64,000 nt of DNA, taken from NCBI GenBank assembly GCA_000708835.1, contig DF237353.1, positions 1-64,000 on the forward strand, written 5' to 3'. The translations under genes and the position numbers were made by a program. Below the pieces are notes generated by a model. The model did no database searches and was not told the DNA's origin. It saw only the letters and a program-made list of their open reading frames with translations. The stretch comes from Klebsormidium nitens. Taxonomy: Eukaryota; Plantae; Klebsormidiophyceae. Below, piece after piece: positions 51,826-63,509 of this stretch. How positions within the stretch are numbered: position 1 is the first letter of the stretch; the number at the start of each line of letters is the position of its first letter.

Positions 51826-52752
51826 ACCGCAATCAGAGAAACTTCGACAAACCAGCGAGGAAGGAGGGAGCTCCTCTGTTGACAGACAAGCTTCGGAGCT
51901 GGAAAACGATCAAGCTCGTCCGTTTCAATCTTCCAGCACTGATCGAACGGAACGGCTGCCTTTGTTGCAGGATATGCATCAGCATGCACCTGTGTGCTGC
52001 ATGCAATCCTGTCTAGGCAGTGCATCAGCAGAGTCGACAGACCTCTAACCGCCAGTGAGGCGGCAGACCACGTCCGCCGGCCCCGCGGCTTGCTCACGAT
52101 TTTCGTCATTGCTCCCTCTGCCGTGGCCCTCCACGTCCTGGAGACATTATGTTGGCTTGTCTCTCTGCGCATGCATTGCATCCCCGCATGGGGGGGCTGT
52201 TGTCAGTGGTGCTTGATACCCCCCGGGCTCTTATCTCGTTGCCAAAGCATCCGGCGCCGCACGGAGCTGCATGCATGTGACAGAAGACGACCAGCTGCAT
52301 GCAGTGTTGCGCGCGAGCCGCACCTGTCACGGGTCTACTAAATATGATTCCCGGGGTACAGCCTGCGGCGGGCCGCGGCCGCCCGTGACGCCGGTTAGCC
52401 TCGGCCGGCCCGCCCGCGGCCCGGCCGCACAAAAGCACCGCGCGCGCGGAAACGACTGAGCATGCTCGTGTGCAATACCTATGACCGTACATGAGAGACT
52501 TGAGCAGAACCGCGCGAGCACACCGTGACTGTCTCAGACTTCAGCAAGATAGTGTACGCGAGCCCAATCGCGCGTGCCCTGACTCGGGTGATCATCCAAA
52601 ATCTGGCGGGAATGGCATGCCAAGTCTCGATTAATGAAGCAATACTAGACGCCAGTCACGATGCCCGAGCCGGTGGGCATGTCTAGTTTTGATTGCAAAC
52701 CTGGTGCCTAAACTAGGTAAATGGTAATGCTGGAGCTGCTGAAGACAGGGAC

Positions 52753-54153
52753 ATGGTGCGCTCAGCTGGTCCCTGCACTGAAGCCTGCCTCTCCAAGGTC
52801 AACGAAGGTCGAGTGCAACTCACCGACCGCGAAAACCTGGAGATGCTTCAGGCGCCAGCGTCCTCTACCTTTCTGAAACACTCTCTGAAAGGCGCACAGT
52901 CCAAGAATGCAGTGGATCGCCTGGTGGCTCTGCGGGAGTTCACACACGTCTTCCTGCCTATCGTGTTCAGCGTCTCAGCAGGGCAACATGCTGTGAACGT
53001 CGCCACATTCATGCTAGAAGGGGGTTTTCTGGCACCAATAGTCGAGGGGTTGAAAGCAGCGGCTGGGGGTGACTGGGTGGTGGTTCCAGACCTTTCCGGT
53101 TCCGAATATCCGGCAAAGTGCAAGAAGCATGGCAGGGCAGTGCGAACTCATTTGTCGCAGGCCCTGGTCGCGATTCATGCTCTTTGCTCCCTGGCCTTGG
53201 ACGTCAGGCTAGTGCGCTTTATCCTGAGGACTAGGCCGGACCTGTTGAATATCCTAGAGCTCTTGTACATTGCGGCAGAGAAGCCTAGAGTTCCGGACGG
53301 GGTACTGATCCGCACAGAGGTTGCTCGCACGCTGACCCGCATGACCGCCTTTTCGGAACCTCTACGAAAGGAGCTTGCTATGCAGAACCCCAAGTTTGTC
53401 CTCAGACTGGTTACCTTTGCGTCAGAAAACGTTGAGGAAGTCACAATCTTCGAGGGGCCCTTCTGTCTTATCGCGAATCTACATCATTACCTGGAATTGG
53501 TGGATGTTTCGACGGCGATGGTTGAGCTCACAGCAAAGGTCCTGCTTCACTCCCAACGCGCGACAGACATTACAATGGGTTGCAGGATCTACAACCATCT
53601 GAGGGAGAAGGCAGCGTGCAGCACCCTGCCAGATTCCAGATTGTTCAAATCTGCTGTTCTGGCTCTTGCCATCTGCGAAGCGGACTCTCTGGAGCACGAT
53701 GCCAGATTGTTTGGCTTCAAACTATCAGGGCTTTACTGGTCAACTCTCGAAGATATCCCTAAAGGTGGATTTTCCAAAAATCCACGTATATGGCTTGAAG
53801 CTCCAAAGCTCGTTCTCAAGTTGAAACGCTTGGCACAAGACCATTCTCCAGTGTCACTTCAAAGGGCAAAGGAGTTGGAGGCTATCTACTCCACTGGATT
53901 CTCCGCCCCCAACTTCCGAACCGTGCGGATGTCTGCAAGTGCTGAGGCCAGCTTGGGACAGGGAGCGAACTTACCTGGTGTCGAAAATATAGACCGTAAA
54001 GCTTTGCGGAAGTGCTGTTGGGCTAGTTGTGGGAAAGCCGAGTTAGTGACGGGGCAGTTCAAGGCGTGCTCCAAATGTAAGCTTGTGGTATACTGCGGGG
54101 CAGCTTGTCAAAAACTCGACTGGAAAGCAGGACACAAGGTCGTTTGCTGTTGA
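52753..54153 (+). CDS. Intronless 466-aa protein with C-terminal MYND-type zinc finger
   Basis: Single ORF ending in RKCCWASCGK...FKACSKCKLVVYCGAACQKLDWKAGHKVVCC, matching the MYND CxxC..CxxC..YC...CQ..DW..HK..C pattern. The N-terminal region is leucine-rich and probably helical. Confidence 0.88.
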   Translation: MVRSAGPCTEACLSKVNEGRVQLTDRENLEMLQAPASSTFLKHSLKGAQSKNAVDRLVALREFTHVFLPIVFSVSAGQHAVNVATFMLEGGFLAPIVEGLKAAAGGDWVVVPDLSGSEYPAKCKKHGRAVRTHLSQALVAIHALCSLALDVRLVRFILRTRPDLLNILELLYIAAEKPRVPDGVLIRTEVARTLTRMTAFSEPLRKELAMQNPKFVLRLVTFASENVEEVTIFEGPFCLIANLHHYLELVDVSTAMVELTAKVLLHSQRATDITMGCRIYNHLREKAACSTLPDSRLFKSAVLALAICEADSLEHDARLFGFKLSGLYWSTLEDIPKGGFSKNPRIWLEAPKLVLKLKRLAQDHSPVSLQRAKELEAIYSTGFSAPNFRTVRMSASAEASLGQGANLPGVENIDRKALRKCCWASCGKAELVTGQFKACSKCKLVVYCGAACQKLDWKAGHKVVCC

Positions 54154-54989
54154 CGTCCTAGATTGATTGATAACGGTGTCTGCATTGATGCCTGGTTGGT
54201 TGTAAACCACAAAATGCCTCTTCCAAAAGTTCAACTTAATTTTCTGATTGTCTAAGTTGAAGTTCCTTGCCAGTGACAGCTTTTGGTTACCAATGCATGG
54301 TAACCAATGCATCATCTCTTGCATTCATGAACTGTGTGTCTATGTAAGGTGGACTCTTGCTTTGAAGTCGGCTTGGCCTGCAAATTGTACAATCAATGCG
54401 ATCTCACCACATGACCAGATGGCATACACAATTCTGCAGCCATGCTAGTCAACCATGTGCCTATTATATGCTCAGTTAAGGAACATACAACACTGAAAGG
54501 ACTTCGGTTGAGGTCTTCTTTGCGATATCTCCGCGGCCGTCTATCTTAACAAGTAGTGCAAGATCTTGATACGAACGTACACATACAAACCAGCTGCGGC
54601 ATATGAAAGCTGGCTGGATTGATGTGTAGTGCACAAGAAGGATATTCGCGATTTGAACGCTTAGTTGCAACTGCGCAGCCTGGCCCAAATATTACCGTCG
54701 GCCCAGTCTGAAAGCATCCAACATGGGGACGTCGTGACAACTGGCGCGTGTATGAGTGCACCTTCGAAGATGTTCAGATTGATATGCACAATAATATGTG
54801 CGATCAATTCACATGATGAACAATAGATAGGATAGTATACGGCAAGGGCAGAATGGACCGGACAGAATTGCCGCATGCATACCGTCTTTAGGTGAGTGAG
54901 AACTACAGACCTGCGAGGACGTGGATGTTGCTCGTAGCCTGAGTCAAGATTTCAAGGTCAACAATATCGAAGCATGGGCAAACCCCGTC

Positions 54990-57900
54990 CTAAGAAGCTT
55001 TCTTCTTTCTCGTGCGTGGCTTCTCAGCTGCAGCTGCCTTACTTTCGGGCTTCGCAACTGAAACTGCTGGAGCATCTTGAGGTTTTGCAAAGAGGGACTT
55101 TGTGCTCTCTAAGCCACCCGACTTTAACAGAGGCTCGACTTCCTTCCGAACCGCTTTGGAAGTTGCTTCATGCCCGCAGTGATAAAGAGCGGCCACCACT
55201 TTGGCACTGCATAGAAGAGTTCGAACGTCAGCTTTTGCCGCGTGTCAAAGACTCTCGGGGTTCGACATCTTCCTTTTCAACAGGAGCGAATGTCGAAAAG
55301 GTGTTTCAAGTGCGAGCAAGCAGGACAAAACGGGTCATGTACTGAAAAGGGTCCCTAACCCGTGCACTCGTAAAGCAAAGGAAATAGCAAGATGTCAATC
55401 AGGTGCTGCAAGCTCTGGGTCGCAGTTCGGCAAGCGCCCTTTCAATCTGACGTCCATTGCTCATCACCCAAGAGAGACTTGCTGAGGGAAGTCACACCTA
55501 GCGACTTGACACCAGGGCCGGAGATCGGCACTGGGCTGATCGGTTTCGCCCTCAGCCCGTACTGAAGGCAACATTCGATTGTCCTTGAGCATTCCCTGAA
55601 CGGAGCAATCAAGGGGATGGTCAAACCCGGACGGCCCACCTGTGCTGCCCGGTGGCTAGCTTTTTACACCGCCCCTTGATGGCCTGGTACAGCACCGCTG
55701 CGAAGGGCTGCGCGCTCGAGTCGCCCTCGGGGGCCGGTACGTCGACCAGCTTCTTTATCGTCCGATTGGCGAACATCTGGTCCAGCACATGCTGCGAGAA
55801 CGAGGAGCCACGTCACTGAGGGTTGCAGTGGAACGATTCAACAAGTGAAGTCGGTATGGGCGAGAAGGAACTTTGGTCCGAAGTGAAGAAGGTCGTTGAG
55901 AGCCAGCCTTCAGAGCCATTATGACTGCGAGACACGAACGGCGACGCAAGGCGTACTTAATTAGGATTTATCGAGACAACAGGAAGCAGTTTGGCTTGAG
56001 GGAATAGAAGCAAGGATGCTGCTTGCAAGAAGCGCTCGAAGTCACAGCGGCCAGCAACGAAGACGGGCTGCAACAACGAGAATCAAACCATATAGAACAC
56101 TCTAGAAGCAAGGATGCTGCTCGCAAGAAGCGCTCAGAGTCTCAACCGGGTCAAAAACGAAGACGCGCTGCAACAACAAGAATCAAACCACAAAAACGAC
56201 ACGTACCTCCTCCGTCTCGTCCCCGCTTGTACTCTCTTCCGGGGTTGCCGGCCATGGCTCCGCAGCCTCGTCCGCAATCGCCTGTTGCACCGACACCACG
56301 GACACGCCGTCTACCCGGTGCAGGATCCCGTCGGCCCCGCCGCGCGCCACCTCGAAGATGACGTCACAGGCCCACTGGGAACGGAGGAACTCGCCCGCGC
56401 TCGCTGCGCACGTGGCGACCAATTCCTGCAAAGGAGTCGAAGAGAAGACTCAGTTGAAGGAGGCGAGGGGGGCGCCAAACTATCGACAAAAAGGGCAGCT
56501 TGGCAGGTCGGGGGGGGGGGGAGACAGTTGGTAGCTCGGTCTGAACGAACTCTTCGGTTTTGAAGAGCGCCGACATCCTTTCGGGCTTCGAATCAAGGCA
56601 CTCGGACCAAAAGCATATGTAAGACGGTGACCCCTCTGACAACCGAAGCTGCCTTTTAATGGACACAAGAACAGTTGGCCGACTGAATTCAACACCCTGC
56701 GTCCAACCGTGACGGATGACAGAACTGAACGCGCCCGACCTCAATTCGAATCCCAACCTAGTTCAGTACGACCAGCCTATAATTCCCCCACCTTTGCTAG
56801 CCCGCTCCCTTGCAGCAGCTCCAGCCTGCGCAGCGCCGGGTCCTTCTTACTCGCCCCCACCATCGGTCCGTCGTCCACAAACTCCTTCTCCGCCGCTTTC
56901 TTCTTCTCCGCAATCGACACCCCCCCGCGCTTCCGCTTCTTCTTCCCGTCACCCTCCCCCTCCCCCGATGGCCCCGCGGCCTCCTCCTCACCATTACCGT
57001 CACCCATTACCGCGTCGGCTTCCTCCCCTTCCTCGTTCTTTACCGGTTCCATATGTGGAACCGTCGGTTGCGCCCCGGAAGGCTCCGCGAACTGCGCCTT
57101 AAACGCCTCCGCACGCGCTTTCGCGGCGGCTTCTTCTTTGGGAGTCGGAATTCTAGGGGGCTGGAGCAGCGAGACGACCATTTGGGGAAAGTAGCGCGGA
57201 GAGAGGGGGGCCAGAAGGTGAAGAAAGACGCGGCGGGCGTACTTGTGCAGCACGAGGTCTTTTAGATTGGCGCCCAGGATCTCGGGCATGACACCCTGCA
57301 GTGAAGGAGTGTCGTTCATTGATGGTCCAGAAACCACACGCTCCAACGTTTCCAACAACTACGGAGTCGGGCAAGCGATCTCACAGGCCAAAATGCTCAA
57401 AACGATTGAACCTCCTCCCCTCCACTTCTGTCCCCCCGAGAGTCAAGAGCTCTCTTACGTTGTCACAACCCTTCTACCGCAACATCATGAGCCAAGCATC
57501 TAGCATAGGCTGCGGCACGATAAAACCGCAAGTAGTGCCGGACCCGGTTCAACGGTAGAGGATGAACAACAATCAAGAGCCTATATATCTCTTAGTCGTG
57601 ATAAATAGCAGAATAGCGTGAAGTGGGAAACTCGCGAGTTCAACTTTCCGCAACCCAAATCAATCGGAACGTTTTCATGCCCTCATGCCAGATGCTAACC
57701 CAGTTCCTAACCCGGTTCCTCACCTTGTTGATGAGTGTCGTGTCGTCCGTCAGCTCCAGCAGCCGCAGCAGCACCACGTTGCCGTACTCGTCCTCCAGCA
57801 CTTTGCCGACCGTCCCCTTGAGCGCCTTCACAATCTTCTTGCGCTCCTTGGCACCCCCCGCAGTGACCACTGCCACGCCGACCTCTGCGCCGTCCTTGGT

Positions 57901-60465
57901 GTGCACCATGCGGAGCAGCAGGGGGCCCGACAGGTTCTCGACGATGTCCTCTACCATGCTCTGGGGGGTGGAAAGGGTGGGTCAGGCTGAGCAGAGGACG
58001 AGAAATGTCTGAAGAAGGTAAACTGCTGCTCTCAACGATGTCCTCTATCATGTCTTGAGGGTCCGAGAGGTAAAACCGGACGGTCGAGGTTTCAAACATG
58101 TAGAATTCTCGGTGGAGGACCAGACAGCGTCTCAAAAATGGTCATTTACCGTGCTCCAGGGAGATCAGAAAGAGAGGATCGAACAGGAGAACTGGAAACA
58201 CATGTTGGAATTGTCGGTGCAGGAAAGCAGACGTTTGACAGGACCAGAAGCTTCAAAGGGCTTTATGACACCTACCTTGGGGGGCTGCGCTCCCAGATAC
58301 TCGGCGAGGACCCTGTGCAGGATGGAGTGGTCCACGATGCCCTTTTCTAGGATCGGCTGGAGTGCCAGGAATGTGTGCTTCAAGATGGCTGCCTTCTTGG
58401 ACGGGGGCGCGGTAGCCAGGATGTCGGCCAGCCTGTATGGTTGGGAAGGATCACAATACAATCAGCACTTCAACAAATAGGGAGAATCAGCACTTCGCTT
58501 TTCCAAGAATAAAACACAGGTCAGCATGAATGGAGATTGGACAAGTGTGCTGACAATCCCTGCTTTGTAAGGAAGTTATCAATTCAATGCAGAGAATGGC
58601 AGTCTATGCAAGACGCGAATACTCGTTGCCAAAAAGTACGCACTTGCCTTTTAAGGTCAAGGGGCACCACCACGCTCAAGACATTAAAACCATTGTTCGG
58701 ATGATACATAGCCCGATATTGAAGTAAGCAGTGGATCAGAGGAACACTGGGGCTCACTTTCCCTGGCCCCCCGTCTCCACCCCCTTGAACCTGCGGTACT
58801 CTTCCGCGTAGAACTCGGAGACCAACTCCGCCTTCTGCTTCCCAGTGGCCACCGTGCTGAAAGCATGCTCCACAACTGCACACCCAAAGCAAAAATTTTA
58901 GAAACTCTGGGTTAAAAAGGCTACCCAGATGCAAAGCCGCGTTTCTTCTACGCACACTTTAGCATCTTGTATGCTTTAGCCCCCATCTTTTCATCAAACG
59001 CCAATAGATTCAATCTAGTCGATTACTTTTACGAACACTGAATCAATGAGGCCATGATAGTGCCACCACGCCTTGCCTTCTCAGTAGATCAATCCAAAAT
59101 CGTTCATATTACGTTGGCTTGCTCAAGTAGTTCCTTCTTTACCCCCAGGCGTTCCCACCATATTGACTCTATGCTGATTGCGCCTCCATCTTCTACATCA
59201 GCGAAACAGCGAACCTCACCAGCAGAGCCGCTGGGATGCCTGAGCAGCGAGACCACATGCCCATGCAGAGCGTTCATGATGTGCTGCAGCTGATCTTTGT
59301 TGGCGCGGTCCAGCATGCGCAATATGATGAAGTGGCCGTACGTGTTGCGCGCCAGCTCGAGAATGTGGGTCCGAAGCTCGTCAAAGACGGCGGCCCGCTC
59401 AGTTTCTGAGCCAAACTTGACCAGCGCCTGCAAGTCAGTGCAGAGGATGGGGGTAAGCATCACAGGACTTTAAATCACAGGACTTTCGATGCGATTGGCA
59501 CTTAATTAAGCGAAGGTCCCAGCCGAACGCTGATCCTGAGAGGGTGCACAGCACGAAGTCTCTACGATGTAACTTGTAATTTCCGAGCAGGGGTGGTGTG
59601 CCCTGCCGCTAGCTTATGAGCAATGAGGTCGGCAAAGTAATACAGTCATTGCAAGGTAAGGAGAAGCAGTTTAAAACTTCATGAGAAATGGGCCCGGTGT
59701 GATGGCTTACCTGCACCACTCGGGAGGCGGTATGAGAGAATGCGACCTCCGCAATCTTCCCCTTGATGCAGGCGAGCAGCCCGCCAGCTAGCTCGTTCCG
59801 CTCCTTGGCTTTCACGTTCTTCTGAATCATCTTGTTCCATATAGCCACTGCGTCCTGCACGGATTGCAAGAAATTCGTCAAACAGCTTATCCACATTTCG
59901 ATCACTGGCCATGAGGATTTGAACGGAGGCAAGGCACGATCGAAGGAAAGGAATGAGACTCTCCTTTTAAGTACACAGCGGAGATTTTGCACCATTACCA
60001 AGAGACTGTGATGAAATTGGTGGGCGTCCTACAAAATGCCATTGAAATATCTTGTTTCTTCTGAATTTAAGCCTAGAATTGCACGCAGCTACTTACCCTG
60101 ATCATGTCATAGTTGGTATTCCGCGCTTTCTTCCTCTCCTCTGTGAGCTCCTTCCTGTCTTTCCTACTCAAGAGAACCTTCTCTTCTTCTTGCTTTGCAT
60201 CCCCCCCCGGCTTCGGATACTTTGCAAACTTCGAAGCCTTGCTCAAGGCCTTACCACCGCTCGCATGCGCCCCATCGTTCTTCCTCCCTTTGAACTCAAA
60301 GCCTTTCCCTGCTCCGGCCTTATCCGATTTGTTAAAAACTTTCACGCTTGTACCTTCCTTGAAATTCTTACCAATCTGCCTGCTTTGGTCAACCTTTGCT
60401 TTTTTGGGGCGGCCCTTCTCCCCACCGACCGCACCACCCGCTTCCTTCCTCTTCATAGCGGCCAT
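54990..60465 (-). CDS. PUM24: Pumilio-family PUM24/Puf6/PUM3-type nucleolar RNA-binding protein with CPL domain, ~10 exons
   Basis: Lys-rich N-terminus (60465-60097), then HTASRVVQALVKFG, ELARNTYGHFII, GHVVSLLRHP, ILEKGIVDHSILHRVL, LLRMVHTKDGAEVG..AKERKKIVKALKG, DEYGNVVLLRLLELTDDT, LHKYARRVFLHLLAP..RYFP, SKKDPALRRLELL. The last exon ends ...KPRTRKKKAS* at 54990. Confidence 0.92.
56005..56190. repeat. Two-copy ~98-bp tandem duplication in a PUM24 intron
   Basis: tagaagcaaggatgctgct(t/c)gcaagaagcgctc...aacgaagacg(g/c)gctgcaacaac(g/a)agaatcaaacca starting at 56005 and 56103. Confidence 0.9.
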
Positions 60466-60960
60466 CTTCTTGAAGTTGAAAGATGAGTGCATCATCTGTA
60501 GCCTGTACCACTGCCATCAATGTATGAATCAGATGATCCTACCTACCTATCCGCATTGCTCACGTTGTGCGGAGCATTACCGTACGGTAATGGTTCATAC
60601 CTCCGGGGACCACGATTCGCAGCCCCGGGTCGTTGCGAAAAAATAGAGCTTGGAGCATTCTACAGGCTAGAGCCAGGGGTCCATGCCCGGGGAGCTATCC
60701 TCGCCGAACTAGATATGGCAACATGCTCCTCTACGTAATTAAATTTGAAAAATTTGGTGTCATGCAAGGCACAGACTTCCTGGCGTGCTTCACTGAGGCA
60801 GTGTGGGCATTGTGGCGCCCCAATTCTGAAAAGGTATACCTTCCAGCGTGCTCTGGGTATCAGAATACCGCTTCCTCTTGTACATGTGTTCAATTGTAGG
60901 AAGGATTCCGGGGGAGAACAAGTTTCCAGGGAGGTTGGGCAATGAGCTCGATGCCAAACC

Positions 60961-63509
60961 ATGAATGTGGGCCAATCCTCGAGGGGTCTGTCGTATGTTG
61001 CATTCAACCAGGATAGCACGCGGGTTGTCTTTGCTACCCGACACGGCCTCAGGATTGTTGACTGCAACACCTGCAAGACTGTTTTCGAGCAGTTCGATGG
61101 AGCTGTCGGCATTGTGGAGCCGCTCTTCTCGACTAGCATACTGGCGCTTGTTGGTGCTGGTGAACATGTAAGTAGGAGAAGTCGTCTTTCCTGATGGAGA
61201 TGCATAGAATGAAGACTTGTATGCATGCTGTCTGGTTTCTGTGTCCCTCTTTAGCCTTGCAATCGAGATCCTCCCTCCTTTCTGGTTTGTGTGCCCCTCT
61301 CTAACCTTGCACTCAAGATCTTCCCTTTTTTTCAGATCTCCCAGTTCGTGATGCCCTAGACTTTCACTTTCACGGGGGCCGAGCTCTGCCGCTAACGACA
61401 ATCCGTCCACAATTCTTTGTATTTTACATGCTCCTAGTAGCATGTGAAGCTGGTGGTAAAGTTGGCCTACTACGAATGGCACTTTTCTGCTGCTAGCAAT
61501 CTTACAATCTTCCTTGTTCTGCAGCCTGCGCTATCCCCCAGGCGCCTTGGCATTCTGAATATCACCACGGGTGCTCCAATCGCTGACCTCAGCTTCATCT
61601 CGTCTGTACTGGCAGTACGGATGAACAGGAAGAGGTAAGCTCACACCTGTCCGTTGGAGTTGTTTCTGCTGACATCAAGTCGATCAAAAGATACTGAATT
61701 GAATCCACCCGTTGTAGTCCGTACTTGGCAAGACGGTACAGTACATAGAGTGTGCCTTGCCCCAGTGTTCAGGCTTCACAGGAGATTTTTCTTTGTAAAG
61801 TTTGAACATTCCCAGCCATCAGGCCCGACAAAAGCGAATGCAGACGGGTAGTGTTTCGAATCAAGCAGTCAGGACAGAAGCTCGCACCGTGCTGCGTGGC
61901 TCGAGTTCATTTGCTTCAACAAGATTTGCTTCTTCAACTATGCACAGCCCCATCCTCAGGCATGATCTACCATCTTGAATCTAACTCTCCTCGATAAGCT
62001 GGCGACTAAATGTGACCGTGTCAAATTCATGACTTATGAGCTTCTCCACCTTCGCAGGCTGGTTGTGCTTCTTGAGCGCAAGACTCACATCCACGACCTC
62101 CAGACCCTCCAGATCCTGGATACCCTTGAGACCGCTCCTAATCCGAAGGCCATCTGCGCCTTCTCCCCCAGCACGGAAAGTAGCTATCTGGCCCTTCCTG
62201 CGAGCGCGACTGCAGGGGAGATCGTTGTGTATGATGCCATGCATCTAACGGCTGTTTGCCAGGTAAGCAATCCATCCCTGACTCCGTTACAGAAGCATTT
62301 CAAACCACAATGGTATGTTGGATGTTATCAGTCAGGGGGACGAATAAGGTTCAGTGCCATTCATAGAGCGGGTAGTAAATTGTTCCGCTGTCTGTTTCTG
62401 CTCGTCAAGATTCACAGTCTCACTTGAACTTGAACTTCCGTTTTCCGGTCCGCTATTAGACCTGCCAGAGCCCTTGAAAGCTGCATCCGACCCGTCTGAT
62501 GTTTGCTGGTACCCAGCAATGCCTGCGTCAGTGCCCCAAGCCTGGAAGCAAAATCTCTGCACTGCAAGTTGCAAGGTGGTCTTGTGGAGACTGCAGCAGG
62601 ACTTGCAACGAGGTGTAAATTCTTTCAAATATTGGAGGTCTGCAGATCCAGGCCCATAAGGCGCCACTGGCGGCGCTGGCCATTAATTCGGACGGGTCCC
62701 TCCTAGCGTCCGCGTCCGAAAGGGGCACCGTCATCAGGGTGCACACATTGCCCAGCGCTACCAAGGTAAGGTTCCACGAATACAGCTCGCAGGAACGTAT
62801 CGTTTTGTAACTTGCGGAAGACCAAGTGGAGCTGGATACTCTCTTGGGTATCCGACGATAGTGGAGTCAAGAACGAGTTCAGTGCCAAGATTGGCAGAGT
62901 TGAAAGAGTCTCCCAGAAGTATTTGAATCTCGTCACATTCGTTGTCTGTCGCATCGAACTTCGTCGAACATGTGAAACGAAAGTATGAGCATGGAATCTC
63001 CGTCCTAGTTTCATTGCTGGGACTGCGGTTGAGCTCCGGACTGGCGCGACTATTAGTCAGAAAGTACAAGCAGCTGGAGGTCAGGAACGGCCCACGTCAA
63101 GATTCATCGCTCTTATATCGGTTCCTCTCTCTTTTGAAGTAAAGACCCCATCAACTCCGACTCTGCCAACCAAAAACCTGTCTTTTCGACTTTCCCCTAC
63201 TTGCTGTAAGTTTGGCTGCGTTAACTGAGCCGTCCCTTCCACAATAACCAGCAACTGACCAAGTCACACGTTGTTCGACTTCCTCTTCCTGGTTGCAAGT
63301 TCACACTCTCGAGCTTAGATCGTAATCACCATGCCACAAGGCTGACGTGCCTTCTGTTCTTGGCAGGCTTTTACTCTTCGGCGGGGCACGTATCCGGCTA
63401 CCATATATTCGCTGGCCTTTAGCCCCCCCGAAACAGTTCCTCCCCTTCTGGCTGCCGCCAGCGACACCGGCACGCTGCATCTGTTCAGCTTAGCACCCAG
63501 ACCCCCAAC
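60961..63509 (+). CDS. ATG18: ATG18/WIPI PROPPIN autophagy protein (ATG18b-like); 3' end unresolved or beyond the window
   Basis: Exons 60961-61167, 61525-61634, 62058-62262, 62646-62765, 63367-63509. Motifs: AFNQD, IVEPLFSTSILALVG, PALSPRRL, VLAVRMNRKRLVV, IQAHKAPLAALAINSDGSLLASASERGTVIRV, TLRRGTYPATIYSLAF, SDTGTLHLF. Confidence 0.93.

Noticed and set aside
55399-55467. Box C/box D pair in the last PUM24 intron (minus strand, 69 nt)
   Set aside because: No terminal stem and no recognisable guide complementarity.
56725-56765. ttcgaatccc resembling a tRNA T-loop
   Set aside because: No acceptor stem, D-arm or anticodon arm can be built.
60007-60064. GTGATGA...CTGA on the plus strand in PUM24 intron 1
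   Set aside because: Antisense to the host gene and no terminal stem.
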